Positions 1 to 13,057 of a DNA stretch of 64,000 nucleotides are shown here, piece by piece. Both the position numbers and the translations under genes were made by a program. Source of the DNA: Setoptus koraiensis (Eukaryota > Animalia > Arthropoda). Positions within the stretch are counted from its first letter, which is position 1, and every line of letters starts with the position of its first letter. The stretch lies in contig CM106586.1 in assembly GCA_048013815.1 (NCBI GenBank), positions 12,586,001 to 12,650,000 on the forward strand. The letters are read 5' to 3'. A model generated the notes under the pieces. That model was not told the origin of the DNA and ran no database searches. It saw only the letters and a program-made list of their open reading frames with translations.

Positions 1-653
1 CTCGCGGACCGTCACCGAACGTGTTGGTCGCTCGCAGACTCGGCAGACCGGGCCAACTTGGCAAACTTCGCAAACTCGCATCGCGTCCAATGGCCGGCCG
101 ATTCGGACGATCGCCGGCCAGATTGAATTAAACGAGCAACGAGTGACGAGCCAGAAATAGCGCGGCCAGAACAGGTGCCAAAAGAATGCGAGAATTCTCG
201 CCGCCGGCGAGCGTTCGTCGCGGCGCTGTGTCCATTGTCCACTCTGGACACACGGGCCGCATTATAGGAAAGAACAATAACATTCGAGCGTACAGACGAA
301 CAAAATATATATATATATATGTGTTTATTGGGCCAATTGTTGAAACATTTGAACGCTTGCCATATTTGCGGCATTCGCGAGCAGTTGCGCAACGGCGCCG
401 AAGAATGATTTTTTGCAATCCACTCAAAGTGTCCACTCGCTCGAGCAATTGGCGAGAATTGCTGGCAATTTGCAAATGGCCGCCACACAATGCGCACACC
501 AGCAGTCAGCTCAAATGTCATACCGGCATGATGGCCGCACAATGACAGTGTCAATCATTGCGTAACACTTCTGCTAATATCGGCTGGCCAAAACGATTGC
601 TTGTCTGCGGCGCTTGTTTGTTCGAATGGGATCACAGTGCGAGCAGCACGGTT

Positions 654-753
654 GTTCGCTTCGAACGAGCGCAGTTCGCTCCGAACGAGCGCAGTTCGCT
701 CCGAACGAGCGCTGCTCGCTTCGATCAGGTGAGGTTCGCTTCGAACAAGGGGG
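654..753. repeat. 20-bp tandem array (GTTCGCT[T/C]CGAACGAGCGCA) x3 plus 2 degenerate units
   Basis: Units start at 654, 674, 694, 714, 734; each holds the inverted pair GTTCG...CGAAC. Confidence 0.85.
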
Positions 754-1221
754 CGTTCGGCCCGGTCAAGTTCGAGTGAACGTTCGCAGCGCTTGTGCGC
801 TTGTTGCCGCGCTGTCGCGCCATTGTTTCTCGCAAGCCACACACAGTTCGAGCTGTTGAAACAACCCAATGCGATTGCGCAACAATAAGCTCTAATTAGT
901 TGGCCCATTGATTGCATGCGCCGGCCAGGGCGCTGGCCAGATATTTCACCTGTTGCATTATGGCACAACTCATATATGTGTGGTGCAGTGATTCAAAGGA
1001 TTTGCCCAACAAACGATTTGCCCAATGTCCGCTGGCTGCACACAACGTGAACTACGTGAGCTATCGTGTTGCAATTTGCAAACATCAGCTCGCTACCATG
1101 ATCACGCAATGTCGATTTCACACGACTTTTGGTGGCGCTCTGCACACAAGCAGCGAGTCGGTCAGCCAGCGAACACTGATTAATACGCCGGCGTGATTGC
1201 GCAACTCGGAATTGCCAACTG

Positions 1222-1283
1222 CGAAATCGAACGTCGAAATCGAACTTCGAAATGGGACTTGGAAATCGAACTTGGAAATCAAT
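1222..1283. repeat. 13-bp tandem array ([C/G]GAAATCGAACTT-like) x5
   Basis: Units at 1222, 1235, 1248, 1261, 1274. Confidence 0.8.
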
Positions 1284-1498
1284 CCATCAATCGGGCAGCG
1301 ATGGCGGCCGATCGATGGCCGACACAATCGGTGGCTGCGCGACCGCATCCGTCGCCGTGCTTCGCAGGGCAATCAATCTTGTGCCCATGATGCAAATGAT
1401 AATTTATTGTCCGGCGATGATTCGATCGCGGTAATTGCTGTTGGCAGGTATTGTTTAGCTGATCGTTCGTATCGTTTCGGGCCGCGGAATCCGCTCGC

Positions 1499-1561
1499 GC
1501 ATTCGGCGCATTCGGCGCATTCGGCGCATTCGGCACATTCGGCACATTTCTCACATTTCGA
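1499..1561. repeat. 9-bp tandem array (GCATTCGGC)x4 decaying to ACATTCGGC/ACATTTCTC
   Basis: Direct reading; an inverted copy CGCCGAATGC occurs at 3101-3130. Confidence 0.85.
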
Positions 1562-2467
1562 ATCGGCCCGAATCGGCCGAGCAGTTGACTGCTGCAAACG
1601 AGCGCTGCCTCTCGCGTCGAGATTCTCGCGTCGAGATGCTCAGTTCGACAGTCTCAATGCGAGCGTCTCACATGGCGATCGCAACAAGCGGCCGACGGCG
1701 AGCCGCAGAACAATAATTATAATTGAGTTGCCGCCGAGGGATTCTAATTCAATCATTGGTGGCGCCACCGGCCGGTCGGCCGGTGTCGATCATAAGTTAT
1801 GATTCATAACTGACCCAACGATGACCTTGCCACTGGTAATTGTTGTCGAGCGGAGATCTCATTTCAGCGATGCCGCAACAACCGCCGTGAAACCGGAACT
1901 TGGGCCAGCGTTGGCCAGCGTCGGCCGGGCCGGCCGCTTGATCCGGCTTGCGCGCGCCCCGGTCACTGCCCAGTGGTCGGCAGTGAGACGGCGAGACCGG
2001 CGAGAGCGGACGACGGGATTAGGGATCAGTATGCGCTCGGACGGCCCCATAAAGACGGTCGGCGCGCTTGCGGCCAGACGTGGCGTAATGTGTCGAGATG
2101 ACACATTGGCCCGAGCGTCGAATCGCACCGAGCGCCAGACCGCTGAGTGGCTCTTTTCGGTCTTTGTGTTCCGCGGCGATGGAAGGATCATGATTCATGA
2201 GCCGGTGCGGCAACAATGGCGCCGGCGAACAGAAGACGGGCGAACAGGACGGGCGAACAGGAGAACGGCGAGAATAAAATAGCCGTGAACAGCAAGTGTG
2301 TGCGTTGATCTAATTTCGACTGGGCCAAACAAAGCGCGAGCCGAGCCGAGCTAAATCATCATATCAAATGGCGCTCTCCGTTATGGCGCTTTTGTGCGAT
2401 TGTTGTTGGTCAGTTTCGGTCTATTTGCGACCATTGCGAGCGACCTTTGTGCGAAAACTCTTTCATT

Positions 2468-2528
2468 GGGCAGCCATCGGGCAGCCAGTGGGCAGCCATC
2501 GGGCAGCCAATGGGCAGCCATTGGCAGC
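2468..2528. repeat. 11-bp tandem array (GGGCAGCCA-NN) x5
   Basis: Units at 2468, 2479, 2490, 2501, 2512. Confidence 0.9.
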
Positions 2529-3710
2529 AGAGACACTCGCGAGATAAATGAATGGCGAGCAACAAGTGGAAGTAGTAAAAAGGAATTAGCATCAATCATA
2601 CGCAATGAGCGCCGCCGCCGCTGCTGCCAGCGAACAGGCCAACAGGTGAATAGGTCCGGCCGGCGCCGACAACTCTCCGGCCTGCCTGCCGGCCCGGCCG
2701 GTCGGGCGGCGCGACGCACCAGTGAGACCGACGGGCTCGAGACGAGCGACTCGGGACGCGGGACGAGACGCAGATGAGAGCCAGATAAGGCGACGCGAAA
2801 GATGCAAAGATGAAAAGAATGAAATAGCAAATTAAAACCGGCCGAGAACAACGCCGACAGCCGTTCGCCGGCTTCGAAGCCGAACGGGCTGTTCGCGACA
2901 AGCCGAGCTTCGCCGAACGACAGCCAGTCTGTTCTTTTCTCCGCGACAAGCCGCCAGTCGTTGCCGGTGTCTGCCATTTTGCCTCTACCATTTTGCATGT
3001 ACCTGCGCCGGCCAAGTGGAGCAAACAAAATGCCCAGCGCTTTTCACGGTCTCGAATGCATACGCTTCGAATGGTCGGTGCGAGCGCCAAAATCAATGTG
3101 CGCCGAATGCGCCGAACGCTTCGAATGCGCCGGCGAGAATTGTATTCAATTACATCTTTGCACACAAACACACACACAATGGACACACAATCTCGACAGT
3201 CGCATAGTTATGATGTATGACGTATGCTGTTGAGTATTTAATCAATTTTCAGCGCAACAACTGCAACCACTGACGCAACTGCTGCAAGCGAAACGAACGC
3301 AACGCAACTCGATCTCGCAAACTTGACTCGACAAAAACACAAACATGACACACAAGATGAAAAGATAGATTAGACAAAAACAAGTTTATTCTCTGACAGA
3401 ATATGATTGTGAGAGAAGCGAGTGGACACAGAGCCGAGACAGAGTCGTCGCAGAGTCATCATTAAGGGGGCGCCCGGTGACGATGCTGACCCGGCAGCTC
3501 GTAGGTCGCGTCGCCGGAGACACTGTCGCGTTGCTCGCCCGCTTCGCCGGGCTACCCGACCACCGGCCGACCGGACGCCGGCTGCCCGCTGGACTGGTGC
3601 GCACTGCGAACGGTGCTGTGCGCGATCCCATCCGATGGGGCTGCCGCCGGTCAATCGCCTGGCGGAATTTCCGCCGAACACTGGCCCAGATCGGGCGCGC
3701 GCGATCGGGT

Positions 3711-3790
3711 GCGAGACGGCGAGATCCGGCGAGATTCGGCGAGATCCGGCGCGAGACAAAATAAATCCGAGACAAAATAAATATCCGACC
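3711..3790. repeat. 10-bp array GGCGAGAT[C/T]C x3 followed by CGAGACAAAATAAAT x2
   Basis: Direct reading. Confidence 0.8.
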
Positions 3791-3952
3791 GTCTGCGTCT
3801 CGTCCCGTCCGACGGCGGCTCTGTCTGGCGACGGTCGCCTGTTGAACGGCGCCGAGTTGTCGTTTTAGTTTCATTAGTCACAGCTCATGAATTAATCGCT
3901 CGAGTGTGTCACCCGGTCTCATCACCGTTCAAGCTTCGCTCCACGGCGGACA

Positions 3953-4043
3953 CTCTATTAGCCCGGGTGAGCCGCTTCTATTAGCTCGGGTGAGCCGCTT
4001 CTATTAGCTCAGGTGAGCCGCTTCTGTTGGCTCAGGTGAGCGG
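3953..4043. repeat. 23-bp tandem array (TTCTATTAGCTC[G/A]GGTGAGCCGC) x4
   Basis: GGTGAGC recurs with period 23 (3965, 3988, 4011, 4034); no spacers; an inverted copy of the core lies at 4524-4537. Confidence 0.9.
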
Positions 4044-5445
4044 TCGTTGTTGTCAGTTGTCGAGGAGTCGTATCGCACACACCAGATATTATCACAGCAA
4101 AGTCAGATTAGCGTGCCGGTGTGAGTGCACGACCGAGCCACCGAGCGACCGAGACGACAACATCACGGCCGGACAGTGGCAAAGGATTGCACAGGCAGGC
4201 GATAGTTGCGGCCGGCGATAAATGCAATCCGTCCATCAATTAGCTCGGTCATGGCTCACGTCGTCGGCACGCCGCTCGCTTGCCGGCGGCGAACGGTGGC
4301 CACTGGTCAGTGTGAAGCGTCCAGTGGCGACTGGCGTCGAAATTAAAAGGAAGTTTCGGTTGGGACACGACCACTGCCGATTCTGTTGCCATCGATGATG
4401 CATTGGATTCGCTCGCAAGCTCGCAAGTGCGATGCAGCGAAACCATTCGGCGGCGCTTCGAAACGGAACGATTCAATTCGCCGGCGCGAACTGTTCTCGC
4501 CATGAGAGCGGGCCAATTCTCACGCTCACCTGAGCTACTAAACTTGTTCGTTTATCACACACGAACACACGTTTTTATGGTGGTCATTGCTTCTTTTGCA
4601 CACACACACACACACTCACTCCATTTGACACACCAATGGTGTCAGTTTATTTAATGTTTCGACAGCAATGAACTCGCCAGCAAACCACACAAATAAATTG
4701 AATTATTATTAGTATCACCATTTCTTCGCGACGTCGTTCGTTTTCGCCGGCGCTCGCTCGCCGGGGTTTGTGTGTCCGCTTCGCATCACACCAACTCGAC
4801 CGCTGATGAGTGGTTGGCTCCGTTTTGCCTGCTCCGAGTGTCGGAGTCCGAGAAACAAAAAAAACTTTTGTCTGAATGCCGAAATCCAAGCCTGCGCATC
4901 GCTGCACAGTCAGCGTGCTGCCTCTCATCGACTCTGAGTTGATTTTGCGTAGATCTCTGTATTTTTGCTCGACTTTCGGGCGCGTTCGAATCGCGAATCG
5001 ACGAAACGGATAACAATTATATCGAACACAATGGAGGCCTCGAGACGAGCTCCCGTGCACGACTTTTTCGCCGCCAAGAAACGAATGCTTCGCAAAGAAT
5101 GGGCTGATTTCTGGCAGACAACCTCCATCGACAGCTCGCAAAAGTCCGAGCGGTTGTGCGAGAGCGACGCGAATAACTGTGATACGATTGCGAGAATAAT
5201 CGCGAGAGCGATCGCGAGAATAATTGAATAGTGGCGACACGGACACGAGTACAAAGTGCTGGCTTTCTTATTGGCTTATTGACGGTCCGCACAAACCGGA
5301 TGAGGAACATTGTGAGTGATTCGAGCATGAAATAAACCCGTACAAATACTGCGTAATCTGTTGCCCGCATAATACAATCTCGAACCGTTATAATTATGAT
5401 ATAATTATAATTGAATTTGTAGTGATATATATTATATTGTGATTA

Positions 5446-8400
5446 TTATATCTGCACCTCTCGCGAAGACACGTTGTTGCTGTTGGCCGAGCGCTGGGGC
5501 AATCCGCTCTGCATTTGGCGTCTGCCCGCTTGCGGCGACGCTCGGGTTCTAAACTCGCGCCTCATTATGTTGTTCGAGCTGTCGCTCAGCTGTTGACGGC
5601 TCCCACTGAGGGGCGCCCTCGAGGTCGTGGCCAGCGGTATTGTTGGCTGCACAGTGAACCTGTTGAGCGGAATGGATTGAGCGCCCAAACCGGAAGTGGG
5701 CTGGTTACTTCTGGCGGTTGTTGTTGTGATCGTGTTCATATTTGTTGGTCGTCGGTCGTTTGTTGCCGCGTCAATGTCGTCGTCGATGTCGTCTATGTAA
5801 TCCTCTTCGTCTTCCTCCTCTTCGCTCGTGTCGTCGTCGTCGTCGTTGTCGTTCAAATCGTTGAGCTCGTCGTCGTACTGACCGGATAGTGTGCGCGACG
5901 GTCTTGCGCTACCCGCGCCCCCGCCGCCGCCGCCACTGCTGCCGCTAATTTCCGAGGGCGGTTTCTCTCGGAATATGCGAACCTGTTCGCCCGGCTCGTC
6001 GGTCCGGTAATGGCGACTGCGGCGCACCATAAACATCAGGCAGTACAGGCCCGCGGCCAGTGTCAACACAAACGGCAACAGAGCGGACAATACGGACAGC
6101 AACATTATGAAATAGTAGCGCCATTCGCCAATGCATTCGGCATCTTCGCCCCACGACCACAGGCCATCGGGCCGGCAATAGCGGGCCTCGTAGCCGACGA
6201 GGCGGTAGCCCGTGTCGCAGGTGAAGCGCACCACCCGGCCCGGGTAGTAGCGATTCTCTGATTTCATGCCGTTTGCGGGCTTGGGCAGTGCCGGGCACCG
6301 CACAATGTCCTTGCCCGTCACCTCGGCCAGTTCCATGGCCAGGTTCTCGGCGGTGCGGGTGGCGGACGCCATCCAAGTGTCGCCCAGTGTCACGATAAAG
6401 TCGTAGATGCAACTGATGGAATCGCCACAGGTACCCTCCAGTTCCATCTGCTGGTGCAGCATGTCCATGGGCAGTTCGGGCGGAACCCGAAACTCGGGCA
6501 CAAAGCTCGGTTGGTCGTACAGCGCAAACCGCACCGAACTGTGACTCAGCAACGTTCTGCCCACGCCCCTGCGGTCCGTTTCGGTGAGGCGCCACGCCTG
6601 GCCAAAGTTGTTGTGCAGCGTGTCGGGCGGCGAGCGCGAATTGAAGCGGGCACCCGTGGGCGACACAAGGTCGTCGCCGCCCAGCCTGCCCCGCGAATAG
6701 TTGCCCAGCAGTCCGCCCGTGACGCCCTGAAAGTCCGCGGGCAAATACACGTGCACGGTCATGAAGCCGTTGATGGACATGACCTCGACGCCGGCGCCCG
6801 AGTCAAACATGGCGATTATGTGCGACATGTTTTGTATGCCGGCCGGCTGATACAACGTGACCCCGCGGAAGTTTTGCAACTGCATCGACTTGTCCCACCA
6901 GAAAATGTACCTGTCGTCGTCGCGTTGGCGGCGATTAGCGTGTGATGGGCGAATAGTATTAATAGTATTAATTTTGGCCTCTCTAATTACTTGATTAATT
7001 ACTTAATCAATTGCGTAATCAATTACGCAATTAATTATTCATCATGATTATTCGAAAACAGAGAGAGAGATGGTAGGCGATACTCACTGATCGTCGACCA
7101 GCACGTAGATCTGGTAGCGCCAGCGGGCCGCCAGCGGGCGAACGCGGAACTCCACTATGGACGATGAGTTGTCCGTGGCCGCCACCGCGCTCAACTGGGT
7201 CGCGGGCACCTGGGCCCCGCCCCGGTACCTGCGGGGCACCTGCTCGAAGCGGGCGTGCACGTTGAATTTGACCTTGGGGTCGTCCGAGTGCACCAGCACG
7301 TACTCGCCCTTGCCGTTGAAGGTGTAATTGTGCTTGTTGAATGTCACCATGTGCGGATCGCCAAATACCGAAGCGACCGCGGGCGGCTGGTACAGCGAAC
7401 AGTCCTGACTGGTGCGGAATTGGGTATATTTTTGGCACGAGCGCGAGTTGTCCTTTTTGTCTTGCCACTTGCAACAGTAGAAGAAGGGCACCACGTCGTG
7501 CACCCAAGTGGACAGAGTGGGCGTCATCATGCGCGTCTTGAACGGGTGCTTGCCGTAGCGGAAGGCGCGCGACGGGCGCCCGCCAAACATAGTGTCGGCC
7601 GTCTGAATGAGCTCCTCTTGGTCGTCGTAGCAGCACGTCTGTCCGCTGCCCCCTATGGAGGGCCGGCCCGTGTTGACGCAATGTATTGCGTCCCGATGAA
7701 ACACGTCGCACCGTCTGTCTATGATGTTGCATTGCGGGTCGGGCGAAAAGCGGCCCCTATCCACGCGTACCTGTTCCAGGGTGCACGGGCAGCGCCACAC
7801 GGTGGGCGCAAAGCGGTCCGCTTGCATTTCGCGCTCGTGCCACTTGTCACAAAATTGATCCTTGTAATAGTAGCCGTACTGGCGCTGCCATTGCGGCTTA
7901 AAATACCAGCCCAACGGCATGGGCCGCGACCAAATGACGGGCGACCGGCGCATTTTGGGCCCCAGTATCTGCTGCGGATTAGTGAGATTGATGGCGATAA
8001 AGCCGAACATCATGTCCAAATTGTCCCAATTGTCCCTGTTGACAAATTGCTCCAGTCTCAGCTGGTACTGGCCCTGGCCTAGCCGCACGCCCGGCACCAG
8101 AACGTCGATGTAGGTGAGTGCCGGATAAACGTTCATCGTTTCGCGGTAGCCCCACAGCGATATGGTGACGCTGGAGTCGTTGCTCCAGCTCAGCTTTTGA
8201 GGTTTCCATTTCAGCTCTAGGTCGCGCGGGTCCTCCAAATAGTCGCGCCCGTCTATCACGTGCACGTCCTCTTCGGCAATGTCGGGCGGTTGCACGTAAT
8301 ACCTGCCCACAAACTCTATTCCGCCGTCCACGCTAATGGTCAAATCGACGTACCCGTGATACATAAATGCGGGCGATATGCACGTGGCGTGATTGTGGTC

Positions 8401-9681
8401 TCGGTACACCGCTTCCGATTTAAAATTGTCAAAGCGACAAAATATGATGCTGTCCGGCTGCAAACAGGGGCCCGTCACGTCCACCAGGGTGCCGCCCAGC
8501 ATGTGACCGTAGCGCGGAAAGAAGGTCAACGGGAGCCGGTCGCGCAAATTGGGCTCCAGTTTCTTGTTGATGCACGCCCCGGGCCAAACCTCTTCGTCCA
8601 GCTGAAAATAGTAGCGTCCCTTGAGCCGGTTGCCCAGGCCGCCCGACGGCAACAAACTGACCCGTTGCGTCTGACTGTACGGGTTGAACTCGAAGGTGCG
8701 TGTCGTGTTGCCCGCGTTGAAGCCCACGAACGCGGGCGACCCCTTCAGGCCGTCATAATTGTCCAAATGGGTTATCCATTGAATTTGCTCGTAGTTAAAC
8801 ATGGCATAGGTGCGTATTTCGTCCGTTGCTATTACCGCCTGATAGGTGTTTGTTTTCAGTGGACGCTCGCGGCGCCTGTTGACTATGGTCATGTTGCGCC
8901 ACGTTATTATCATTGCGTATTTGGGCACAAAATCCGCCGCCCCAATCATGCCCTCGCGAAAATCCAACAACAGTCTGTCACGTAGTAGCTCGTACTCGGG
9001 ATCCGGGCTATAGTAGCCGTTTGCGTTTCGTGTTGTCGCGTCAATCAACAGGTTTACAACGCGAAAATATACGCCCGACAGCGGCACCTCGCTGGCAATG
9101 TCCTGCATGGCAAAGAAGGGCGCCAATATCGACGGATCCTCCTGGATAAATGTGTCCAATGGCTGCAGCGGCAGCTTCAGCGGGAACTTGTACGTTTGCA
9201 TGCCCTTGTTGAACGATATGTAACCGTCGCGCTGCACCCAAATGTACTCAAAACTAAACCCGAAGAAGGGCAACCGGAACGACAACGCCTGATCGTGCAT
9301 ACTGCGACCGGACGATATCTCGGTCAGATCCTCGCTGGTGTGAGGATACATGAGATTCTGGCGTTCGCTCATCAGCATCGGATTTCGCATGGCGTCCAGC
9401 TGTCTTGTTGGCAGTCTATATTCGCCCGATTGGCTCACTGAAATAGAATTATCCACAATATTGTCGGATTGTTGTTCTGTCTTGTTAACTGATATTATCA
9501 TTAGCAGCAATAAAACTATTATACAATTGAGCCAACAATGGGCCCGGCGCCCGGCCTCGGCCCTTGCAGCCATTCTGATTGTGATTGGATTAATTAATTG
9601 ATTGATTATCTGTTTGTGATGTACCTTGCTTTGTGTTGTATACTTCTGGTTATTGTTTTGTGTCGCTTCTGAATCGCTCAT
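5446..9681 (-). CDS. mesh: Protein mesh (NIDO-IPT/TIG-AMOP-VWD-Sushi-TM septate junction protein); 2 exons, 9681-7088 and 6910-5446
   Basis: NIDO (TNTYQAVIATDEIRTYAMFNY), IPT (FFPRYGHMLGGT), Cys-rich AMOP, VWD (FGDPHMVTFNKHNYTFNGKGEY), Sushi (CPALPKPANG...CDTGYRLVG) and a TM segment. The GT-AG intron 7087-6911 joins the two ORFs in frame (DDQ|YIFWWD). Confidence 0.95.
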
Positions 9682-11127
9682 AGATACCTCATTGCATCGC
9701 TAGCTCTCTCTACTGATCTACACCGATGATTTTACATCTACAACTGTGGCGCTAAACCATTGCCGCGCTACAAGTGTACAAGTGTAACTGTGACTGCAAC
9801 TGCAACTGTGTAGTGACTAATTGATAATGATACACATCAATAGAGAAAAAAAGATTAGTCAATGATGGTGATTTATGATGGTTTCGTATATGCAGGGGGA
9901 CAAACCCACGACGATGATGCAGACTGCGATCGCTATTGACGCACTTAATTGGTATCATTACATCAACAACAATGATGCAGTTTGATTGCTGCTTTTTATT
10001 AAACTATTATTATGTAACTACTACCAACACTACTGCTAACAGTACTGCTATTACTGCTGTGTGATCAAGATTACACACTTATTTGGTGTGCACTAATTAA
10101 ACAACAACAACAACAACAACATCAACAATTGTTGGGCGACAGTAGCAGCAAACAAACTTGTATCATTTATTGTTGACTGCACACACTCAATGGATCAAGA
10201 GGAACGTTACTCAATGTGGTAATTAAGAATGTATGTTTGTCAATTATTATTAGTATTATTATTATTATATATATACAACCATGATGCGTGTATGGGGCTA
10301 AAAAAGCCACTTGTATCCGCACTATCAAATGTATATATGTGCATTATGTAAGTAGACATACAAACAACAGTAATCAGATGAAACTCGTGTGGTCGAAGCA
10401 CCAAACAACATGAAATCTATTTTGTAAATCAAATAATCAAGCGCCATATTACACAGAAGTTGATAATTTGAAAGCAAAATGTAATGTTTGTTGTGTTCTC
10501 ATTGCGAAGATTATTATAATCAAGATAAGAGATCTAGTTGTTAGTTGGATGTGCAACATCAATGCTGATTAATCATTACATTGACTCACTGGATGAAATA
10601 CAGCGCATTATGAAGTATCTACTTGGTTCTGTTTGAGTCACCATGATCCCCATCAAAATCAACTCACGCTGACATGATAGAAAACGTGATTCAATTCACC
10701 ATGTTTTCGACCATATACATTTGATCAGCGATTCTTGAAGATATCACAGTTCAAAGCCTCGAATTATTTGTCAATCAATCAGTGTCCTACGAATGTCTCG
10801 GTCATTCGATCCAATCAAATATAATATATAATCGATAATGGCGTGCGTTGCTACAATGTAATCACGAGAGGCGTATCCTGACGCGATATCTGATCTCAGC
10901 AGTAGTAGTGTAGTCGCAAATCTTCACAAAGAAATCAGTCATTCAATTAACCAGTTAATTAGTCAATTTAATCCAACTAACTTTATTCCATTGTTAAGTG
11001 TGTACAGGCTAGCTATTGATAAGCTAGTAATAACGAATCATTGCATAAAAGTCCAAATGAGTAATCGGTGAAATGATATGATAAACATATTATTATCAAC
11101 TCGTGCATATGTTTTATCATGCCTGGT

Positions 11128-12231
11128 TTATAGGCTTATCCGTCTTCTAAGATTTGTCGATAGTATATCTATGAATGATGATTCAAACCGGAAACACCAG
11201 CGTGGCGAAACATGTAACCTCAAATTGTTTAACAGGGGATCTGATAGTATATCCTTAACACCGTTGGTTGTTATATTAGTATAATTTAGATTAAGAGATC
11301 TCACATGATTGTGATGGTGTCTCAAATAGGAAATTATCATTTTGAATGTGAATGCGCGTCGGGTGGGAACCATCATAATGCGGTCATCGTCTTCAATTCC
11401 ATAAAAGCCTCTAGCAACTGAAGGATCAAAAACTATATCTATCCATGTTAGGTTCAATTCATCCATTGGTGTGTTAGAGAATATCTCAACGAACGTTTCA
11501 TCACTGAGACCGGAGCAGTTGTTTAAGGATAAACACGACAGTTTTCGTTCCAGAGATCTTGTTGTTGTTGTCACTACATTGTCGAATTGACTATTAACTT
11601 GACTAGTATTGTTAAATTTAAATGTGAATGGTGCAGTGTGTAAAACTGTCGCCTCTAAGTCGTCATGCTGTATGATAACGTATTCTAGATTGATGGAGAT
11701 CGCTTGGCGGAATGTGCCTATGAGATGCTTCAATGATGTGCCAGTGATGACACAATCTTTTAACTGAATACAAACAAACGAATCTACGATATTCCGACTA
11801 GTTAGATCTGTTTCGATTTTGTTGCCGTTGTTAGCGAGCAAATCAAAGAAAGTTTCAAAGTCCTCGTTGACCAACGAACGAAATTTCAATTTCCAATAAA
11901 TCCTTTTTCTTCGAACAGAGAACATCCACTTGACATATTTTGCTATGTTTCTGCCCGAGGGGTTGTCCTGTTCGTCGACATCATACTTGGATGTAGGCTT
12001 AATGGTGTAAGGTAATAGTTCGTACAATTTTACGTGATTTACGTTTCTACATGATAAGGCTCCATTGAGTATATCTAACAGTGCGTGGCATGTGGATGAA
12101 AAATTCAGCAGATCTTTGGTGTCCGTTAAGCAACTGAAGATTCTTATTAAGAGCTCCGATGGCAATTCCAATAGAGGGCATTTTTTGTCCGTAAACAAAT
12201 GATTAGACGCAATCATAGTAGATCGCACCAT
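11128..12231 (-). CDS. F-box protein with degenerate LRR-like C-terminus, intronless
   Basis: N-terminal F-box LLELPSELLIRIFSCL...LLNFSSTCHALLDIL; LRR-like LSCLSLNNCSGLSD and VRSLNLNYTNITTNG. Confidence 0.8.
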   Translation of the reverse strand: MVRSTMIASNHLFTDKKCPLLELPSELLIRIFSCLTDTKDLLNFSSTCHALLDILNGALSCRNVNHVKLYELLPYTIKPTSKYDVDEQDNPSGRNIAKYVKWMFSVRRKRIYWKLKFRSLVNEDFETFFDLLANNGNKIETDLTSRNIVDSFVCIQLKDCVITGTSLKHLIGTFRQAISINLEYVIIQHDDLEATVLHTAPFTFKFNNTSQVNSQFDNVVTTTTRSLERKLSCLSLNNCSGLSDETFVEIFSNTPMDELNLTWIDIVFDPSVARGFYGIEDDDRIMMVPTRRAFTFKMIISYLRHHHNHVRSLNLNYTNITTNGVKDILSDPLLNNLRLHVSPRWCFRFESSFIDILSTNLRRRISL

Positions 12232-13057
12232 GAATGTTCCGGGTCATGGAGATCAACCACAAACAACGATGCAAATAAAAAATAACAGTTATTTCTAGGC
12301 CAAGTACGGAACGGAACAATATCCAGGGTATTGTAACGAATTGCGATTATGCAATCAGCTGTTCGATTGTATTGTTCATATTGGTTTATTTGCACAACAC
12401 ACACACACACACACACCATGTACCACAAATGCTGGCAAACGAAACCAGCAATGGCAATTATATTCTGGTGATTGTGTAACGTGATCAAGCAGTTTATCAT
12501 CATTATTACATTATAATTATTAACATGTTAGATAACAGACTATTTGAGTCTTTTCTTCTTTTTGTCTACTACAACAGCAGCAACAACAACAACAACAACA
12601 ATATCAATCACATTAGCAGAAACTCACATCCTCCATCCGCCATAAACCGCAAGCCATATTATCGTTATTGAAGGAAAGAATTTATTCAGGATAGTATTTA
12701 TTTGACACCGGGGGATATAGATTAGATGCAACACAAGCAGAGAATCAAACAAAAGATGTCAACCTAGTCTGCCGAATCATTAATACATGTACACATGTAT
12801 ATAAACTTACCTATCAACAACATTATTTAATTGAATTCTTCACTGGATCTCAGCAATCTCGGCCACATTGATTACATACGATTATTAAACACCACACAAA
12901 ATATTACTATCAAATATCAACCACTACTATCTGTTTGTTCCAAGATTAGAGCCACTCTGGGGGATCAAACAACCATCATCGTATTACTATTATCGTTTTG
13001 AATAACTATTTGTCATTCAACAATTATTAATATTTATTTACAGCCAACAACTAAAAC

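Noticed and set aside
4003-4018. TAGCTCAGG resembling a tRNA A-box/D-arm
   Set aside because: No B-box at a suitable distance and no cloverleaf; it is part of the tandem array.
3953-4043. CRISPR-like array of 23-bp palindromic repeats
   Set aside because: Units are head-to-tail without unique spacers, there are no cas genes, and the context is eukaryotic.
12-4654. Dozens of overlapping 60-215 aa ORFs on both strands
   Set aside because: Arg/Ala/Gly/Pro-rich translations of GC-rich repeats with no domains; expected from stop-codon scarcity.
5515-9601. Long antisense and alternative-frame ORFs over mesh (e.g. 7255-8082, 8260-8985)
   Set aside because: Shadow ORFs caused by high GC3 in the real CDS.
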